Below, one piece after another: positions 41,057-55,000 of a stretch of DNA of 64,000 bases. Each line of letters opens with the position of its first letter. The stretch's first letter is position 1. The DNA is from Synechococcales cyanobacterium VAR_4_metabat_354 (lineage in GTDB: Bacteria > Cyanobacteriota > Cyanobacteriia > Cyanobacteriales > Chamaesiphonaceae), in the NCBI GenBank assembly GCA_031414775.1, contig JANOQI010000016.1, positions 1 through 64,000 of the forward strand, in the 5' to 3' direction. The position numbers and the translations under genes were made by a program. The notes beneath the pieces were generated by a model. It was not told the origin of the DNA and made no database searches. It worked only from the letters and a program-made list of their open reading frames with translations.

Positions 41057-43738
41057 TCACTTGGTTCCAGTAGCTTTCGTGGAATCCTTTTTCGTGGTCT
41101 TTTTGGCCGCAGCAGTTTTAGTCGCCGTCGCCTTCTTAGCAGTACCAGCCTTGGCCGGAGCCTTTTTAGTAGTTTTAGCCGCAGCCTTAGTACTGGTTCG
41201 TTTCTTCTTAGCTGGCTCCTTATCAGCCAACAACTTTACTGCCGCCTCCAAAGTAACTGATTCAACAGTTTCACCTTCCGGAATACCCACATTAACCTTG
41301 CCATGTTTAATGTAATTACCATAGGGGCCAGCATAGATATTCACTGGTTCACTATCAGCAGGGTGAGCGCCCAGTTGTCGAATCGGCTCACGGGATTTGC
41401 CGCCCCGCGTCGCCTTCGGTTCCGCCAAAATTGCCAGCGCTCGATCGACAGTAATAGTCAACACATCATCACCAACTTTGATCGATCGATATTCCTTACC
41501 ATCCTTACCCTGGTCATGCAGAATGTAAGGGCCAAAGCGACCCAAAGAAGCCGACAACTTGCCGCCAGTTTCAGGATGAACTCCCAAGCTGCGCGGTAGA
41601 GCCAATAACCCTACGGCCAGCTCCACAGTCACATCTTCCATTTTCACGCCCTTCGGCAAGGAGCTTTGCTTAGGCTTTTTACCGTCTTCGGTTTTTTCGC
41701 CCAGCTGCACGTAGGGTCCATAAGGTCCGAGTTTGGCATAAATTGGTTCACCAGTTTCCGGGTGATAGCCCAAAACATCTAGGTCGCCGCTTTTTTGTTT
41801 GAGGAGCAGCTCAATGGTTTCAGGAGCCAAGTCTGCCGGAGTCAGATCGTTGGGAATAGAAGCATTACCCTGCTCCGACTCGATGTAAGCACCAAATTTA
41901 CCAATCTTGACCTTCACGTCCAGATTGTCCAGGGTGATCGTACGAGCCGTAGTGGCATCAATTTGGGCTTCTTTTTCTTTGACTTGAGTTTCTAGGCCAG
42001 TCGCTCCCAAATAGAATTTCTGCAAATAGGGCAACCACTTAGTGCCACCAGTCGAAATATCATCAAGGGTTTGCTCCATCCGGGCGGTAAAGCCCACGTC
42101 TACCAAATCTTCAAAATGATTTTCCAGCAGCGCTGTTACGGCAAAAGCCGTGAAAGTCGGCACCAAAGCATTACTTTGCTGCTGCACATAGCCGCGATCG
42201 ATAATCGTACCGATGATGCTGGCATAGGTACTAGGGCGACCAATACCTTCACTCTCTAGCATTTTCACCAAGGATGCTTCGGTGTAGCGAGCAGGGGGCT
42301 GAGTTTGGTGATCGATCGCATCTAACTTTTGGCAATTAGGCTGGTCGCCTTTTTTCAGATTAGGCAAAATAATTTCTTGGTCTTCGATCGCCGCATCCGG
42401 ATCATCCGACCCTTCCACATAAGCTCGCAAGTAGCCAGGGAAATCAATCCGTTTACCACTAGCCCGGAAGCCAGCATTCTTCACCTGAATATCCACAATC
42501 ACCTGAGTTTGGCGGGCATCGGCCATCTGACAAGCCACTGTCCGTTTCCAAATCATGTCGTATAAGGCCAGCTCTCGATCGCTTAAACCAGTTTGTTTGG
42601 GAGTCACAAAAGTACTGCCCGCTGGCCGAATCGCCTCATGCGCTTCTTGTGCACCTTTCGACTTAGTGGTGTATTGGCGCGGTTGGGGACTGAGATATTC
42701 CAAGCCGTACATCTGTTCGACACAACTCCGTGAAGCTTCGATCGCCTCCGCTGACAAATGCACCGAATCCGTCCGCATGTAAGTAATGTAGCCCTGTTCA
42801 TAGAGTTTCTGAGCAGTGCGCATGGTATCCCGAGCAGACAACCGCAACTTGCGATTGGACTCCTGTTGCATCGTTGAAGTAGTAAAAGGCGGAGCCGGTT
42901 TCCTGGTAACTGGTTTTTCTTCCAGCGCCGCCACAGTCCAAGCCTGATCGCGAATGGCCATCTTTAAAGCTTCAGCAGCAGCACCATCCAAAAGTCGAAC
43001 ATTTTTACCAGCCAACAACTGACCGGTGTTCGGGTCGAAATCAGCACCGGTAGCCACCCGCACGCCATCTACAGTAATCAGTTTGGCCTCAAACTGACTT
43101 TTGGCCTGCTGAAGGAGAGCCTTTAAATCCCAATACTCAGCGGTTTTGAAAGCCCGCCGCTGTCTTTCTTTATTGACAACTAGCCGGACGGCTACTGATT
43201 GCACCCGACCAGCAGATAATCCAAAAGATACTTTTTTCCACAATAACGGCGACACCGTGTAGCCCACCAACCGATCCAAGATGCGGCGAGTTTCCTGGGC
43301 ATGAACCACATCTTCATCAATCTCACGACAATTTTTCAGGGCTTTTTGAATCGCCTCTTTAGTAATTTCATGAAACACCATGCGCTTAGCTGGTACTTTG
43401 GGTTTCAGCAATTGCAACAGGTGCCAACTAATACTTTCACCCTCCCGATCTTCATCCGTCGCCAGAATCAATTCATCAGCATTCTTGAGTGCCGCTTTTA
43501 GCTCCTGCACAATTTTCTTTTTATCTTTGGGAATTACATACAGCGGCTCAAAATTCTCGGCTACGTTGATACCCAAATTTGACCATTTCTCTCCTTTAAA
43601 TTCGGCGGGAATCTCCGCCGAAGAAGAAGGCAAATCACGGACATGCCCCATGGATGCCTTCACAGCGTAGCCGCTCGGCAAAAATTTACTAATAGTCCGC
43701 GCTTTGGTGGGGGACTCGACGATCACAAGAGTAGTCAT
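41057..43738 (-). CDS. topA: DNA topoisomerase I
   Basis: [35 protein letters not shown], Toprim C-terminal repeats (G(K/R)FGPY) and a Lys/Ala-rich tail. Confidence 0.98.
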   Translation of the reverse strand: MTTLVIVESPTKARTISKFLPSGYAVKASMGHVRDLPSSSAEIPAEFKGEKWSNLGINVAENFEPLYVIPKDKKKIVQELKAALKNADELILATDEDREGESISWHLLQLLKPKVPAKRMVFHEITKEAIQKALKNCREIDEDVVHAQETRRILDRLVGYTVSPLLWKKVSFGLSAGRVQSVAVRLVVNKERQRRAFKTAEYWDLKALLQQAKSQFEAKLITVDGVRVATGADFDPNTGQLLAGKNVRLLDGAAAEALKMAIRDQAWTVAALEEKPVTRKPAPPFTTSTMQQESNRKLRLSARDTMRTAQKLYEQGYITYMRTDSVHLSAEAIEASRSCVEQMYGLEYLSPQPRQYTTKSKGAQEAHEAIRPAGSTFVTPKQTGLSDRELALYDMIWKRTVACQMADARQTQVIVDIQVKNAGFRASGKRIDFPGYLRAYVEGSDDPDAAIEDQEIILPNLKKGDQPNCQKLDAIDHQTQPPARYTEASLVKMLESEGIGRPSTYASIIGTIIDRGYVQQQSNALVPTFTAFAVTALLENHFEDLVDVGFTARMEQTLDDISTGGTKWLPYLQKFYLGATGLETQVKEKEAQIDATTARTITLDNLDVKVKIGKFGAYIESEQGNASIPNDLTPADLAPETIELLLKQKSGDLDVLGYHPETGEPIYAKLGPYGPYVQLGEKTEDGKKPKQSSLPKGVKMEDVTVELAVGLLALPRSLGVHPETGGKLSASLGRFGPYILHDQGKDGKEYRSIKVGDDVLTITVDRALAILAEPKATRGGKSREPIRQLGAHPADSEPVNIYAGPYGNYIKHGKVNVGIPEGETVESVTLEAAVKLLADKEPAKKKRTSTKAAAKTTKKAPAKAGTAKKATATKTAAAKKTTKKDSTKATGTK

Positions 43739-44025
43739 AGGAGCTAAAAACTAGCAGAGTGCTAATGAGTCAAGTTCGAGCAAATCTCGTCAATTGTCAA
43801 GGGGTAACGGAACATATCTACATTTGAAGCATCAAAAATTTATAGAAATTACCCAATCTATAAAATAGAGTTTGCATAGTCTGTTACTCTATACTAAGAT
43901 TAGGGTAGCTTAGTCAAAGATAGTGCCATGAAGATTTATAATCACTTCATGGAATTGCTGCTAATCTAAATATAAACAGCACAGATGCACTAACTTCCAG
44001 AATTGTCCGAAACTCCCAGTGAATC

Positions 44026-44352
44026 ATGAGAAAACTGTTACTGATATTGTTATCAATGCCAACAGCTGTGGGTGTTTTCCTGCCACTAACCAACCCTGCT
44101 AATGCCCTTGAAATAAAAAACAAGCAGCAGCCTGGTAAGTTTTGCATGTTTGAGCACGGTAAAGTGTACTGTGTTCGTCAAGCCCGCCCGGATGCTTCTA
44201 AGCTGAATAAAGCTAGAGCTATCACCAGCGATTATGAGCAGGGGCTGACTTTCACGGATGTCGATAGTGATGAGGCTGTTGCCAAATTCGGCTGTGACTG
44301 TCCAAATTGTATCCGTGCTATTAAAGGAATGCGAGCTTTTACGGCCAGTTGA
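44026..44352 (+). CDS. Small exported Cys-rich hypothetical protein
   Basis: Signal peptide ending in ANA, a C-x8-C pair and C-terminal FGCDCPNC; followed by its own terminator. Confidence 0.75.
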   Translation: MRKLLLILLSMPTAVGVFLPLTNPANALEIKNKQQPGKFCMFEHGKVYCVRQARPDASKLNKARAITSDYEQGLTFTDVDSDEAVAKFGCDCPNCIRAIKGMRAFTAS

Positions 44353-44394
44353 TTTAGCTTTAATGTGCTTTTAGCACTCTTTGGCAACAATTTT

Positions 44395-44422
44395 AAAAGC
44401 CCAGTGCTGACGCTGGGCTTTT
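44395..44422 (+). terminator. Intrinsic terminator
   Basis: AAAAGCCCAGTG-CTGA-CGCTGGGCTTTT. Confidence 0.8.
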
Positions 44423-44453
44423 GCTATCAATACTATGTTTTTCACATCAAATT

Positions 44454-44756
44454 ATGACTGCCGAACTCCGAGCGCAGCTCGCTGAATCGATCGATGAAGC
44501 CGAATTGGACTGGCTCAAGCCCCACATTCAAAAAGACACCGTAATTGTGGTGAACGATAGCCTAGATTTAGTGGAAGTGGGGGTGGCGATTACTACCGAT
44601 AACACCATTGCTGTGCAACAGTGGGTGGGCGAGCAGCTCATCACCAAGCCGTCAGAGAACGATTTAGCAGCCTGGAACGCCCAACCTCAACAGAAATTTC
44701 AAGCCATCATCGTTCAGCCCTATGTCTTAGTCCAAGCTATTTCTGGTTCAGTCTAG
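44454..44756 (+). CDS. DUF2288-type protein
   Basis: WLKPH..VIVV..LDLVEVG..FQAIIVQPYVLVQ; ATG at 44454. Confidence 0.82.
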   Translation: MTAELRAQLAESIDEAELDWLKPHIQKDTVIVVNDSLDLVEVGVAITTDNTIAVQQWVGEQLITKPSENDLAAWNAQPQQKFQAIIVQPYVLVQAISGSV

Positions 44757-44774
44757 TGTGGATTCCCCGCAAGA

Positions 44775-45392
44775 CTAGAAATTAGAACGTTTATATTCCT
44801 TGGCTAAACTTCCGCCAGTGTGACCAGTCAGCAACCAAAGAAACGCTCTGGCTCCATCAATTGCCACTTTACCAACCGGCTCGTCTGGTCGATCGCTCTT
44901 CACGCTCACTGGCTTAACCGCAATCCCCCGACTGCCAAAAATAATTTCGCCAATTAATCTCGATCGGTTCATGTGATAGTCCGATGTGACCAAGTAAACA
45001 CTTTTGATATTGGCTGCTTGTAGCTTATCGACCATCGAAGTAAAATTGGTGATGGTATCAGTGGCTTGGTAATCCAGTTTTAGCCTTTGCAAATCAACTG
45101 ATTCTTTGCCAAAAATACCCTTAGCGTAATCCTGCGGAGTGCCTCCAGATACCCAAATTGGAATATTGGGATGCTTAGCGGCTAGCTTGGCAGCAACAGG
45201 TTCACGCTTAATACCCCCACCCAAAACAAAGATGGCATCCGGCTCTAGCCAACTGTTCTGCCATTCTCTATAGGCAAACCATAAAGGTCCACTCAAAATA
45301 CTTCCTAACAACAGGAGCTTCACCCCCAAATTTTTGGATAGCGGTTTGCGGTTAGCAGATCGAGTTTTTCTAACAACTTTCCGGGGAGACAA
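44775..45392 (-). CDS. YdcF/DUF218 family protein
   Basis: AIFVLGGG, ATDTITNF and LVTSDYHMNRS motifs. Confidence 0.88.
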   Translation of the reverse strand: MSPRKVVRKTRSANRKPLSKNLGVKLLLLGSILSGPLWFAYREWQNSWLEPDAIFVLGGGIKREPVAAKLAAKHPNIPIWVSGGTPQDYAKGIFGKESVDLQRLKLDYQATDTITNFTSMVDKLQAANIKSVYLVTSDYHMNRSRLIGEIIFGSRGIAVKPVSVKSDRPDEPVGKVAIDGARAFLWLLTGHTGGSLAKEYKRSNF

Positions 45393-45611
45393 GGTATTTA
45401 TGCAATAAAAAGTCTAAAGGTGTACTACGGACAAGACTAAAACTACACTACAAGCCTGAGACTTAAAGATCACCTGGCTAAGTTCGTAAATCAGCCTAAC
45501 ACAGGTTTACAGAAGGAGTGCTGTCAATTTCATCAAATTCTCGTGTCAAATAAAAGATTTACATGCTACAATCCTATATCTGGCGATGTGTCAATTTTTC
45601 AAAGGCTAACT

Positions 45612-45896
45612 GTGGCTAATATTAAGTCTGCAATCAAACGTGTCGAAATCGGCGAGCGCAATCGCCTCCGTAACAAGTCCTTCAAGTCCGCAGTCAGGAC
45701 ATTGATGAAAAACTACTTTACGGCAGTGGATCAATATAAGGGTGAACCAAATCCAGCAATGCTGGCCGAGGTGCAATCCAAAATGTCTGCTGCTTATAGC
45801 AAAATTGATAAAGCTGTCCAAAAGGGCGTTTTACACAAAAACAATGGAGCGCACAAAAAAGCTCGTTTAGCTAGTGCTCTAAAGTCAGCAGCCTAG
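45612..45896 (+). CDS. rpsT: 30S ribosomal protein S20
   Basis: GTG start, [37 protein letters not shown]. Confidence 0.97.
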   Translation: MANIKSAIKRVEIGERNRLRNKSFKSAVRTLMKNYFTAVDQYKGEPNPAMLAEVQSKMSAAYSKIDKAVQKGVLHKNNGAHKKARLASALKSAA

Positions 45897-45973
45897 CGCT
45901 AACTATCAGTAGCGGGGGGATTCAGCCGAATGCCCTCAGTGGTCGTTCATCAACTGTACGCCGCTAAGAACTA

Positions 45974-46759
45974 ATGCAGCTAATTGATACCCATGTTCAT
46001 ATCAACTTTGAGAACTTCCAAACAGATCTCGAAGTGATTTGTGGTCAATGGCGCCAGGCTGGAGTTATCCAACTGGTGCACGCTTGTGTTCATCCCGAAC
46101 AATTTCCGGATATGCAGCGTTTGGCTGACCAGATTCCAGAGTTGTCGCTAGCGATCGGTCTGCACCCTCTAGAGGCTGACAAGTGGTTGCCAGAGATGGT
46201 TGACCAGATTCGCAGACATGCTACTAGTGATCAACGGGTAGTGGCAATCGGAGAGATGGGATTAGATTTTTACAAATCTGATCTATCTCACAATCAAGTT
46301 ACCGCTTTCACTAGTCAAATTTTGATCGCCCGGGAGCTGAATTTACCAATCATCATTCACTGTCGCGATGCCGCCGTTACTATGCGGAAAATTGTCGGTG
46401 ATTTGTGGCATGACCAAGGTGCAGTGCCCGGGGTCATGCATTGCTGGGCTGGTACTCCAGAAGAAACCCAATGGTTTTTAGACCTGGGTTTCCACATTAG
46501 CTTCAGCGGAGTCGTCACATTCAAGAATGCTAAACAAATTCACGCTGCCGCCCAAATGGTACCAGCCGATCGACTATTGATTGAGACAGATTGTCCGTTT
46601 CTAGCACCTGTTCCCCATCGTGGTCAGCGGAATGAACCGTCCTATGTCAGTCATGTGGCAACCCGTCTCGCGGAACTGCGATCAGTACCGGTGGAAGAAA
46701 TTGCCGTCACTACTACGAGTAATGCCCAACGGCTATTTAATCTGCCAAAGTTGACTTGA
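45974..46759 (+). CDS. tatD: TatD family DNase
   Basis: IDTHVH, GLHP, IGEMGLD, IHCRDA and ETDCPFLAP motifs. Confidence 0.95.
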   Translation: MQLIDTHVHINFENFQTDLEVICGQWRQAGVIQLVHACVHPEQFPDMQRLADQIPELSLAIGLHPLEADKWLPEMVDQIRRHATSDQRVVAIGEMGLDFYKSDLSHNQVTAFTSQILIARELNLPIIIHCRDAAVTMRKIVGDLWHDQGAVPGVMHCWAGTPEETQWFLDLGFHISFSGVVTFKNAKQIHAAAQMVPADRLLIETDCPFLAPVPHRGQRNEPSYVSHVATRLAELRSVPVEEIAVTTTSNAQRLFNLPKLT

Positions 46760-46813
46760 AGCCCAAGTCATATCCCTAAATTCAGCACCAGAACGCCCAT
46801 CCAGAGGATAAGA

Positions 46814-49800
46814 ATGAGTAATCAAATTGTTACGGCATCCAACTACATGTTGCCCGACTTAGTAGAGATCCAGCGTTCTAGCTTTCGGTGGTTTCTCGAT
46901 GAAGGATTGATTGAAGAATTAGACAGTTTTTCACCAATTACCGACTACACAGGGAAACTAGAGCTGCGGTTTTTGGGGAAGGACTATAAGCTCAAACGGC
47001 CGAAATATGATGTCAATGAGGCCAAACGTCGGGATGCCAGCTATGCGGTGCAAATGTATGTACCTACCCAGCTGATCAATAAAGAAACTCGCGAAATTAG
47101 TCAAATGGACGTGTTCATTGGCGATTTGCCACTGATGACAGATCGGGGCACATTTATTATCAATGGTGCCGAGCGAGTAATTGTTAACCAAATCGTTAGG
47201 TCTCCTGGTGTTTACTATAAGTCCGAACTAGATAAGAACGGGCGACGGACTTACAGTGCTTCCTTAATCCCCAACCGGGGCGCTTGGTTAAAGTTTGAAA
47301 CCGATAAGAACGACATTGTGTGGGTGCGGATCGATAAGACACGTAAGCTTTCGGCTCAGGTGCTTTTGAAGGCATTGGGTCTATCGGACAATGAAATTTT
47401 GGATGCTCTGCGTCACCCCGAATTTTTCCAGAAGACGATCGCTAAGGAAGGCAATCCCAGCGAAGAAGAAGCTTTGATGGAGCTATATCGCAAACTGCGG
47501 CCTGGTGAGCCACCAACAGTGACTGGTGGTCAACAGCTTTTGGATTCCCGCTTTTTTGATCCGAAACGCTATGACCTAGGCAAAGTAGGCCGCTACAAAC
47601 TGAATCGCAAGCTACGCCTCAATACCCCTGATGCCACTCGGGTGCTGACTCCGCAAGATATTTTGGCAGTGATCGATTACTTGGTGAACCTCGAATTTGA
47701 CATTGGCCACACCGACGACATCGACCACTTAGGCAACCGCCGCATTCGATCGGTTGGCGAATTGCTGCAAAACCAAATCCGGGTAGGCTTAAGCCGCTTA
47801 GAAAGAATCATCCGGGAACGGATGACGGTGTCGGAAACTAGTACTCTTACTCCGGCTAGTTTGGTCAATCCCAAACCACTAGTTGCCGCCATTAAAGAAT
47901 TTTTTGGCTCCTCCCAACTCTCCCAGTTTATGGATCAAACCAATCCATTAGCCGAGTTGACTCACAAGCGACGACTCTCCGCCTTAGGTCCAGGTGGTTT
48001 AACCAGAGAAAGAGCGGGCTTCGCCGTGCGGGATATTCACGCCTCTCACTACGGTCGGATTTGTCCGATCGAGACACCAGAAGGACCCAACGCGGGTCTG
48101 ATCGGTTCCTTGGCTACTCATGCCCGAGTCAATCAGTATGGCTTTATCGAAACGCCCTTTTTGCCAGTTGTTAATGGTCAAGTACTGCGCGATCAAGAGC
48201 CGCAATATATGACCGCCGATCAGGAAGATGACTTGCGCGTAGCCCCCGGCGACATCCCGACCGATGAGCATGGCTACATTTTAGGTGAAACCGTCGCCGT
48301 GCGTTACCGCCACGAGTTTACGACTACGCCTCCTGATCAAGTAGACTACATCGCGATTTCGCCGGTACAAATTATTTCGGTGGCAACTTCACTGATTCCC
48401 TTCTTGGAACACGATGATGCTAACCGCGCCCTGATGGGTTCCAACATGCAACGGCAAGCCGTGCCCTTGCTCAAACCAGAGCGGCCATTAGTAGGCACCG
48501 GATTGGAAGTTCAAGCCGCCCGTGACTCGGGGATGGTCATTGTTTCTAGAACAGCTGGTCATGTTTCCTATGCAGATGCCGAAACAATTATCGTCACCGA
48601 TCCAGAAGGTGAGCTACACTCTTACAACCTTCAGCGCTACCATCGATCGAACCAAGATACCTGTCTTAACCAGCGGCCTTTGGTCAATATCAATGAACGG
48701 GTGCAGGTCGGTCAGGTGCTGGCGGATGGTTCGGCCACCGAAGGCGGGGAACTCGCCCTCGGCCAAAATATCACCGTGGCCTACATGCCCTGGGAAGGAT
48801 ACAACTACGAAGATGCCATCTTGATCAGTGAAAAGCTGGTGTCGCAAGACTTTTACACTAGTATCCACATCGAAAAATTTGAGATTGAAGCCCGTCAAAC
48901 CAAGCTGGGTCCAGAAGAAATCACCCGAGAAATTCCCAACGTCAGTGAAGACTCGGTAAGGCAGCTCGATGAAACTGGCATAATCCGGAAGGGTGCCTGG
49001 GTAGAGTCTGGAGATATCTTGGTGGGCAAGGTTACACCAAAGGGTGAATCGGATCAGCCACCAGAAGAAAAACTACTGCGGGCAATCTTTGGTGAAAAAG
49101 CCCGCGATGTGCGCGATAACTCCCTGCGGGTGCCTAACGGTGAAAAAGGCCGGGTAGTAGATGTCCGGGTATTTACCCGCGAACAGGGCGACGAGTTGCC
49201 ACCAGGAGCCAATATGGTCGTGCGGATTTATGTGGCGCAAAAGCGCAAAATCCAGGTCGGCGATAAAATGGCTGGTCGGCACGGCAACAAAGGCATCATC
49301 TCTAAAATTCTGCCGATCGAAGACATGCCTTACCTACCAGATGGTACTCCCGTCGAAATTGTCTTGAATCCCCTCGGTGTGCCTTCCCGGATGAACGTTG
49401 GCCAAGTAATGGAGTGTATGCTCGGTTGGGCTGGTCACCATTTAGGTGTGCGCTTTAAGGTCACTCCTTTTGATGAGATGTACCACAAGGAAGCTTCCCG
49501 CCTCACTATCTACAGCAAGCTGTTGGAAGCTGCTGAAGAAAATGAAAAGCCTTGGTTATTTGACTCCGCAGAACCAGGTAAAACAAAAGTTTACGATGGT
49601 CGAACTGGCGAGGCGTTCGATCGACCAATTACCGTCGGCAAAGCCTACATGCTCAAGCTGGTGCATTTGGTCGATGACAAGATTCACGCTCGTTCCACTG
49701 GACCTTACTCGTTAGTTACTCAACAGCCGTTGGGTGGTAAAGCTCAACAGGGTGGTCAGCGGTTTGGAGAAATGGAAGTTTGGGCATTGGAAGCCTTTGG

Positions 49801-50113
49801 AGCAGCCTATACTCTCCAAGAGCTATTAACAGTCAAATCCGATGACATGCAAGGACGGAACGATGCCCTGAATGCGATCGTTAAGGGTAAGTCGATCCCC
49901 AGTCCTGGTACTCCAGAGTCCTTCAAGGTATTGATGCGGGAGCTACAATCTCTCGGTCTAGATATTGCCGTACACAAGGTGGAAGTAGACCCCGATGGCG
50001 ATAGTCGCGATGTCGAAGTAGACCTGATGGCTGATGTCGTTACTCGGCGGACACCTTCCCGTCCTACTTACGAATCCTTCGCCAAGGAAGAGGTGGAAAC
50101 CGACGGTAACTAG
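46814..50113 (+). CDS. rpoB: RNA polymerase beta subunit
   Basis: [24 protein letters not shown] and the [13 protein letters not shown] rifampicin region. Confidence 0.99.
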   Translation: MSNQIVTASNYMLPDLVEIQRSSFRWFLDEGLIEELDSFSPITDYTGKLELRFLGKDYKLKRPKYDVNEAKRRDASYAVQMYVPTQLINKETREISQMDVFIGDLPLMTDRGTFIINGAERVIVNQIVRSPGVYYKSELDKNGRRTYSASLIPNRGAWLKFETDKNDIVWVRIDKTRKLSAQVLLKALGLSDNEILDALRHPEFFQKTIAKEGNPSEEEALMELYRKLRPGEPPTVTGGQQLLDSRFFDPKRYDLGKVGRYKLNRKLRLNTPDATRVLTPQDILAVIDYLVNLEFDIGHTDDIDHLGNRRIRSVGELLQNQIRVGLSRLERIIRERMTVSETSTLTPASLVNPKPLVAAIKEFFGSSQLSQFMDQTNPLAELTHKRRLSALGPGGLTRERAGFAVRDIHASHYGRICPIETPEGPNAGLIGSLATHARVNQYGFIETPFLPVVNGQVLRDQEPQYMTADQEDDLRVAPGDIPTDEHGYILGETVAVRYRHEFTTTPPDQVDYIAISPVQIISVATSLIPFLEHDDANRALMGSNMQRQAVPLLKPERPLVGTGLEVQAARDSGMVIVSRTAGHVSYADAETIIVTDPEGELHSYNLQRYHRSNQDTCLNQRPLVNINERVQVGQVLADGSATEGGELALGQNITVAYMPWEGYNYEDAILISEKLVSQDFYTSIHIEKFEIEARQTKLGPEEITREIPNVSEDSVRQLDETGIIRKGAWVESGDILVGKVTPKGESDQPPEEKLLRAIFGEKARDVRDNSLRVPNGEKGRVVDVRVFTREQGDELPPGANMVVRIYVAQKRKIQVGDKMAGRHGNKGIISKILPIEDMPYLPDGTPVEIVLNPLGVPSRMNVGQVMECMLGWAGHHLGVRFKVTPFDEMYHKEASRLTIYSKLLEAAEENEKPWLFDSAEPGKTKVYDGRTGEAFDRPITVGKAYMLKLVHLVDDKIHARSTGPYSLVTQQPLGGKAQQGGQRFGEMEVWALEAFGAAYTLQELLTVKSDDMQGRNDALNAIVKGKSIPSPGTPESFKVLMRELQSLGLDIAVHKVEVDPDGDSRDVEVDLMADVVTRRTPSRPTYESFAKEEVETDGN

Positions 50114-50163
50114 CTGAAATCTAGTTGGAATGTTCTTGTTGTCCTCTCAAATTTTTACGAACC

Positions 50164-52041
50164 ATGCGCCAAAAAATCGAGACCAAATTTGACTACGTAA
50201 AGATTGCGATCGCTTCACCAGAGCGAATCAAGGAATGGGGTGAGCGGACGCTCCCTAATGGTACGTTAGTCGGCGAAGTCACCAAGCCAGAAACTATTAA
50301 CTACCGGACGCTTAAGCCCGAAATGGATGGCTTGTTCTGCGAGCGGATCTTCGGTCCAGCCAAAGACTGGGAATGTCATTGTGGTAAATATAAGCGGGTG
50401 CGTCATCGGGGCATCGTCTGCGAGCGTTGTGGCGTAGAAGTCACCGAGTCCCGAGTTCGTCGGCACCGCATGGGCTATATCAAGTTAGCAGCACCTGTTT
50501 CACATGTTTGGTACCTAAAAGGAATCCCCAGCTATCTAAGCATCCTGCTGGATATGCCCTTGCGCGATGTCGAGCAAATTGTCTACTTCAACGCCTATGT
50601 GGTGCTATCACCAGGTACTGCTGAAGACCTTACCTATAAACAGCTCCTCACTGAAGAACAGTGGTTGGAAGTAGAAGAGAAGTTCTACAGCGAAGACTCC
50701 ATCTTAGAAGGCGTAGAAGTCGGTATTGGCGCGGAAGCAGTCCAAAGACTACTCCAAGATCTTCAAATGGAGACCGAAGCCGAAAGCCTCCGCGAGCAGA
50801 TTTCGGGAGCCAAAGGCCAAAAACGTGCCAAGTTGATCAAGCGCCTGCGGGTAGTAGACAACTTTGTAGCCACCGGCAGTCAGCCGGACTGGATGATTCT
50901 CAGCTACATTCCAGTAATTCCACCAGATCTGAGGCCGATGGTGCAGCTGGATGGTGGTCGTTTTGCTACCTCTGACTTAAATGACCTATACCGCCGGGTG
51001 ATTAACCGCAACAATCGGTTGGCCAGATTGCAAGAAATTCTGGCACCTGAAATTATTGTGCGTAATGAAAAACGGATGCTGCAAGAAGCCGTTGATGCCC
51101 TAATCGACAATGGTCGCCGGGGACGCACTGTGGTGGGTGCCAACAATCGTGCCCTCAAATCGCTATCTGACATTATTGAAGGGAAACAGGGTCGTTTCCG
51201 TCAAAACTTGCTGGGCAAACGGGTGGACTACTCCGGTCGATCAGTGATCGTAGTTGGTCCCAACCTCAAAATTCACCAATGCGGCCTGCCCCGCGAGATG
51301 GCGATCGAACTCTTTCAGCCCTTCGTGATTCAGCGCCTAATCAAAAATAGCTTAGTCAACAACATCAAAGCAGCCAAAAAACTAATTCAGCGCGGCGACC
51401 CCACAGTTTGGGATGTGTTAGAAGAAGTGATTGCTGGTCACCCGGTAATGCTAAACCGGGCACCAACGCTGCACCGATTAGGGATTCAAGCCTTTGAACC
51501 AATCTTGGTAGAAGGCCGCGCCATCCAGCTACATCCATTAGTCTGTCCGGCTTTTAACGCTGACTTTGACGGTGACCAAATGGCCGTCCATATTCCACTG
51601 TCATTGGAAGCCCAAGCCGAAGCCCGACTGCTGATGCTGGCTAGTAACAACATTCTGTCCCCAGCGACTGGCTTGCCCATCGTGGCTCCTTCTCAGGATA
51701 TGGTACTGGGTTGCTACTATCTAACCGCGCGTGATCCAGCCCTAGCCTCGACAGCCCATCGCAAGTTTGCCAATCTAGACGATGCCGTCCGAGCTTACGA
51801 TCGAGGAGATATCACTATCCATGACTTTGTCTGGGTTAGATATGACGGCGAAATGGAATCAGAAGAGCCAGAAAAAGAGCCATTGGAAGTCCAGGATCAT
51901 GGTGATGGCACTAAGACTGAAATTTTCAAATACCGCCGCCGCCGCGTCACCGATGATGGCGAACAACTCGGTCAAATGATCTTTACGACCCCTGGCCGGA
52001 TTATTTATAACCAAACCATTCAAGAAGTCTTGATGGGCTAA
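50164..52041 (+). CDS. rpoC1: RNA polymerase gamma subunit
   Basis: NADFDGDQM active site and zinc-finger Cys; ATG at 50164. Confidence 0.99.
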   Translation: MRQKIETKFDYVKIAIASPERIKEWGERTLPNGTLVGEVTKPETINYRTLKPEMDGLFCERIFGPAKDWECHCGKYKRVRHRGIVCERCGVEVTESRVRRHRMGYIKLAAPVSHVWYLKGIPSYLSILLDMPLRDVEQIVYFNAYVVLSPGTAEDLTYKQLLTEEQWLEVEEKFYSEDSILEGVEVGIGAEAVQRLLQDLQMETEAESLREQISGAKGQKRAKLIKRLRVVDNFVATGSQPDWMILSYIPVIPPDLRPMVQLDGGRFATSDLNDLYRRVINRNNRLARLQEILAPEIIVRNEKRMLQEAVDALIDNGRRGRTVVGANNRALKSLSDIIEGKQGRFRQNLLGKRVDYSGRSVIVVGPNLKIHQCGLPREMAIELFQPFVIQRLIKNSLVNNIKAAKKLIQRGDPTVWDVLEEVIAGHPVMLNRAPTLHRLGIQAFEPILVEGRAIQLHPLVCPAFNADFDGDQMAVHIPLSLEAQAEARLLMLASNNILSPATGLPIVAPSQDMVLGCYYLTARDPALASTAHRKFANLDDAVRAYDRGDITIHDFVWVRYDGEMESEEPEKEPLEVQDHGDGTKTEIFKYRRRRVTDDGEQLGQMIFTTPGRIIYNQTIQEVLMG

Positions 52042-52070
52042 GTCCAACTCCTAATACATTTATAAGCGCC

Positions 52071-55000
52071 ATGACTGAAGAGCAAAAAAGACCCACCCTC
52101 CCTTTTAACAACCGCATGGTTGACAAAAGCCAGCTCAAAAAACTGATCTCTTGGTCTTATCGGTACTATGGGACTGCTCGGACTGCCCAGATTGCCGATC
52201 GACTCAAAGAACTAGGCTTCCACTTTGCCACCCGCGCCGGGGTATCGATCAGTATCGACGATCTGAAAATTCCCGAAGAAAAGCGGGATATGCTGGAAGA
52301 AGCCGAAGAAACCATCCGCGCGACTGAAACCCGCTACACCAAAGGCGAAATCACTGAGGTCGAACGGTTCCAAAAAGTTATTGACACTTGGAATGCTACT
52401 TCAGAATCACTTAAAGATCGGGTGGTCACAAACTTCAGAGAAAACTACCCACTGAACTCCGTCTACATGATGGCCTTCTCTGGAGCGCGGGGGAACCTCT
52501 CACAGGTGAGGCAGCTGGTAGGCATGCGCGGGCTGATGTCCAATCCCCAAGGGGAAATTATTGACTTACCAATTAAAACCAACTTCCGGGAAGGTTTGAC
52601 GGTAACTGAATACATTATTTCGTCTTATGGTGCCCGGAAAGGTCTGGTAGATACCGCCTTGCGGACAGCCGACTCTGGCTATCTCACCCGCCGCTTGGTG
52701 GATGTGGCTCAAGATGTAATTGTGCGGGAGAAAGACTGCGGCACCACCCGAGGCGTATTCGTACGGCCAATGATGGATGGGGAACGCACCTTAATTCCCA
52801 TCGGCGATCGACTATTTGGTCGAATCTTAGCAGCCCCCGTGCATCATCCCAAAACCAAAGAAATGTTGGGTGATCGAAATGACGAGCTGGATGAAGCACT
52901 GATCAAAAAAATCAGCGATGCGAACTTAAAAGAAGTCTACGTTCGATCGCCATTGACCTGCGAAGCCGCCAGATCCATCTGTCAAACTTGCTATGGCTGG
53001 AGTTTAGCCTACGTGAAAATGGTAGATCTGGGCGAAGCCGTGGGGATTATTGCTGCTCAGTCGATCGGTGAACCAGGCACCCAGCTGACCATGCGGACAT
53101 TCCATACCGGTGGAGTATTTACCGGCGAAGTTGAAAAACAACTGCGCGCTAAAGTAGATGGCACCATTCGTTATGGCACCTTACGTACCCGCTCCATGCG
53201 GACTCGACATGGGGACGATCGTGAGCAAGTCGAAGCCAATGGTGAATTTTATTTAGAACCCAGCGGTAAAGGCAAAAAACAGACCTTCTCACTCACCGTT
53301 GGTTCGACACTGTTAATCGCCGATGGGACAGAAGTGAAAGCTGGCAACTTATTAGCAGAAGTAGCACTAGCTAAAGGTCGGCGTTCCACTGAAAAAGCGA
53401 CTAAAGACGTAGCCACCGATTTGGCTGGGGAAGTTCTGTTTGCGAATATTACTCCCGAGGAAAAAACCGACCGTCAGGGTAATACCACCCGCATCGCTCA
53501 AAAGGGCGGTTTGGTGTGGGTGTTATCGGGCGAAGTCTACAACTTGCCGCCTGGTGCCGAGCCTGCTATCCAAAATGGCGAGCCAGTAGATCTGGATGGC
53601 ATGTTGGCTGAAACCAAGCTGATTTCAGTCAATGGTGGGGTCGTGCGTCTGCGGGGCGAGCGGGAGATTGACATTATTACGGCCTCAGTTTCCCTAGATG
53701 ATGCCACCGTTACCATCGAAAGTAGCGGCAGCCGTGATCGATATGTAGTAGCCACGGCTCAAGGACAACGCTTCCATCTAATTGCCCCACCGGGCACCAA
53801 GGTGCTGAACCAAACTCCGATCGCCGAACTAATTGACGATCAATACCGCACTCGCACTGGTGGCATCATCAAATATGCCGACATCGAAGTGCAAAAGAAA
53901 GGGAAGGCCAAACAGGGTTACGAAGTGGTCAAAGGCGGCACCATTCTATGGGTGCCCGAAGAATCCCACGAAGTCAACAAAGACATCACTTTGTTGAACG
54001 TCGAAGACGGTCAGTATGTAGAGGCTGGTACCGAAGTAGTCAAAGACATCTTCTGCGCCACCAGCGGGATTGTGGAAATCGTCCAGAAAAACGACATTCT
54101 GCGCGAAATCACCATCAAACCTGGCGATCTATTCTTACTAGATGACCCCGAAAGTGGTCAATCGGTAACTGGCACCCTGGTTAATCCTGGCCAAAAACCA
54201 GTACCAGAACTGGCAGAAGTTACCGAGATGCGCTATCTAGAATATGTTGAAACCCCAGATGGTTCAGCTTTACTACTGAGGCCAGTAATAGAATACCAAG
54301 TACCTGACGAGCCAAACATGCCATCCCAGGCATCAATCAATAAGTCCGGCGGTGGTAGTTCGATCGAACTACGGGCAGTCCAGCGCGTTCCGTACAAAGA
54401 CGGGGAACGGGTCAAGTCGGTGGACGGAGTAGAACTACTCCGTACCCAACTGGTGCTGGAAATGGAGGGTGAGACCTCCGCAGCCACTCAATTGGCAGCA
54501 GATATTGAGCTGGTGCCCGACGAAGACAACCCAGATGTCAGTCGCTTGCAACTGGTAATCTTGGAATCTTTGGTAATTCGGCGCGATACCGCTGCCGATC
54601 CGTTGGGTGGCAGTACCCACACTGAACCATTAGTCACCGATGGCCAGCAAATTGCCCCCGGAGCAGTAGTTGCCCGTACCGAAATTCGCTGTAAACATCC
54701 CGGCGAAGTCCGTGGCATTCGGGAGGGAGAAGAACTGGTGCGCCGAGTACTAGTAATTCGCGACCTCGATCGGATCACTGTTGAAACGGCTGGTGCAACA
54801 GCCAGCATCAAAGTCGGTCAACTCATCGTGGCTGGCAGCGAAATTGCTCCGGGTATTCCGACCCCCGAATCTGGTCAAGTACTGGAGATCGGGAAGGATA
54901 GCATCGTCCTGCGTTTAGCACGTCCCTATCGGGTATCACCCGGTGCCATCTTGCACATTGATAATGGCGACTTAGTGCAACGGGGTGACAACCTAGTATT

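Noticed and set aside
41057..41220. Low-complexity repeats at the topA 3' end and antisense ORF 41061..41315
   Set aside because: This is the normal Lys/Ala/Thr-rich TopA tail; the antisense ORF is a shadow.
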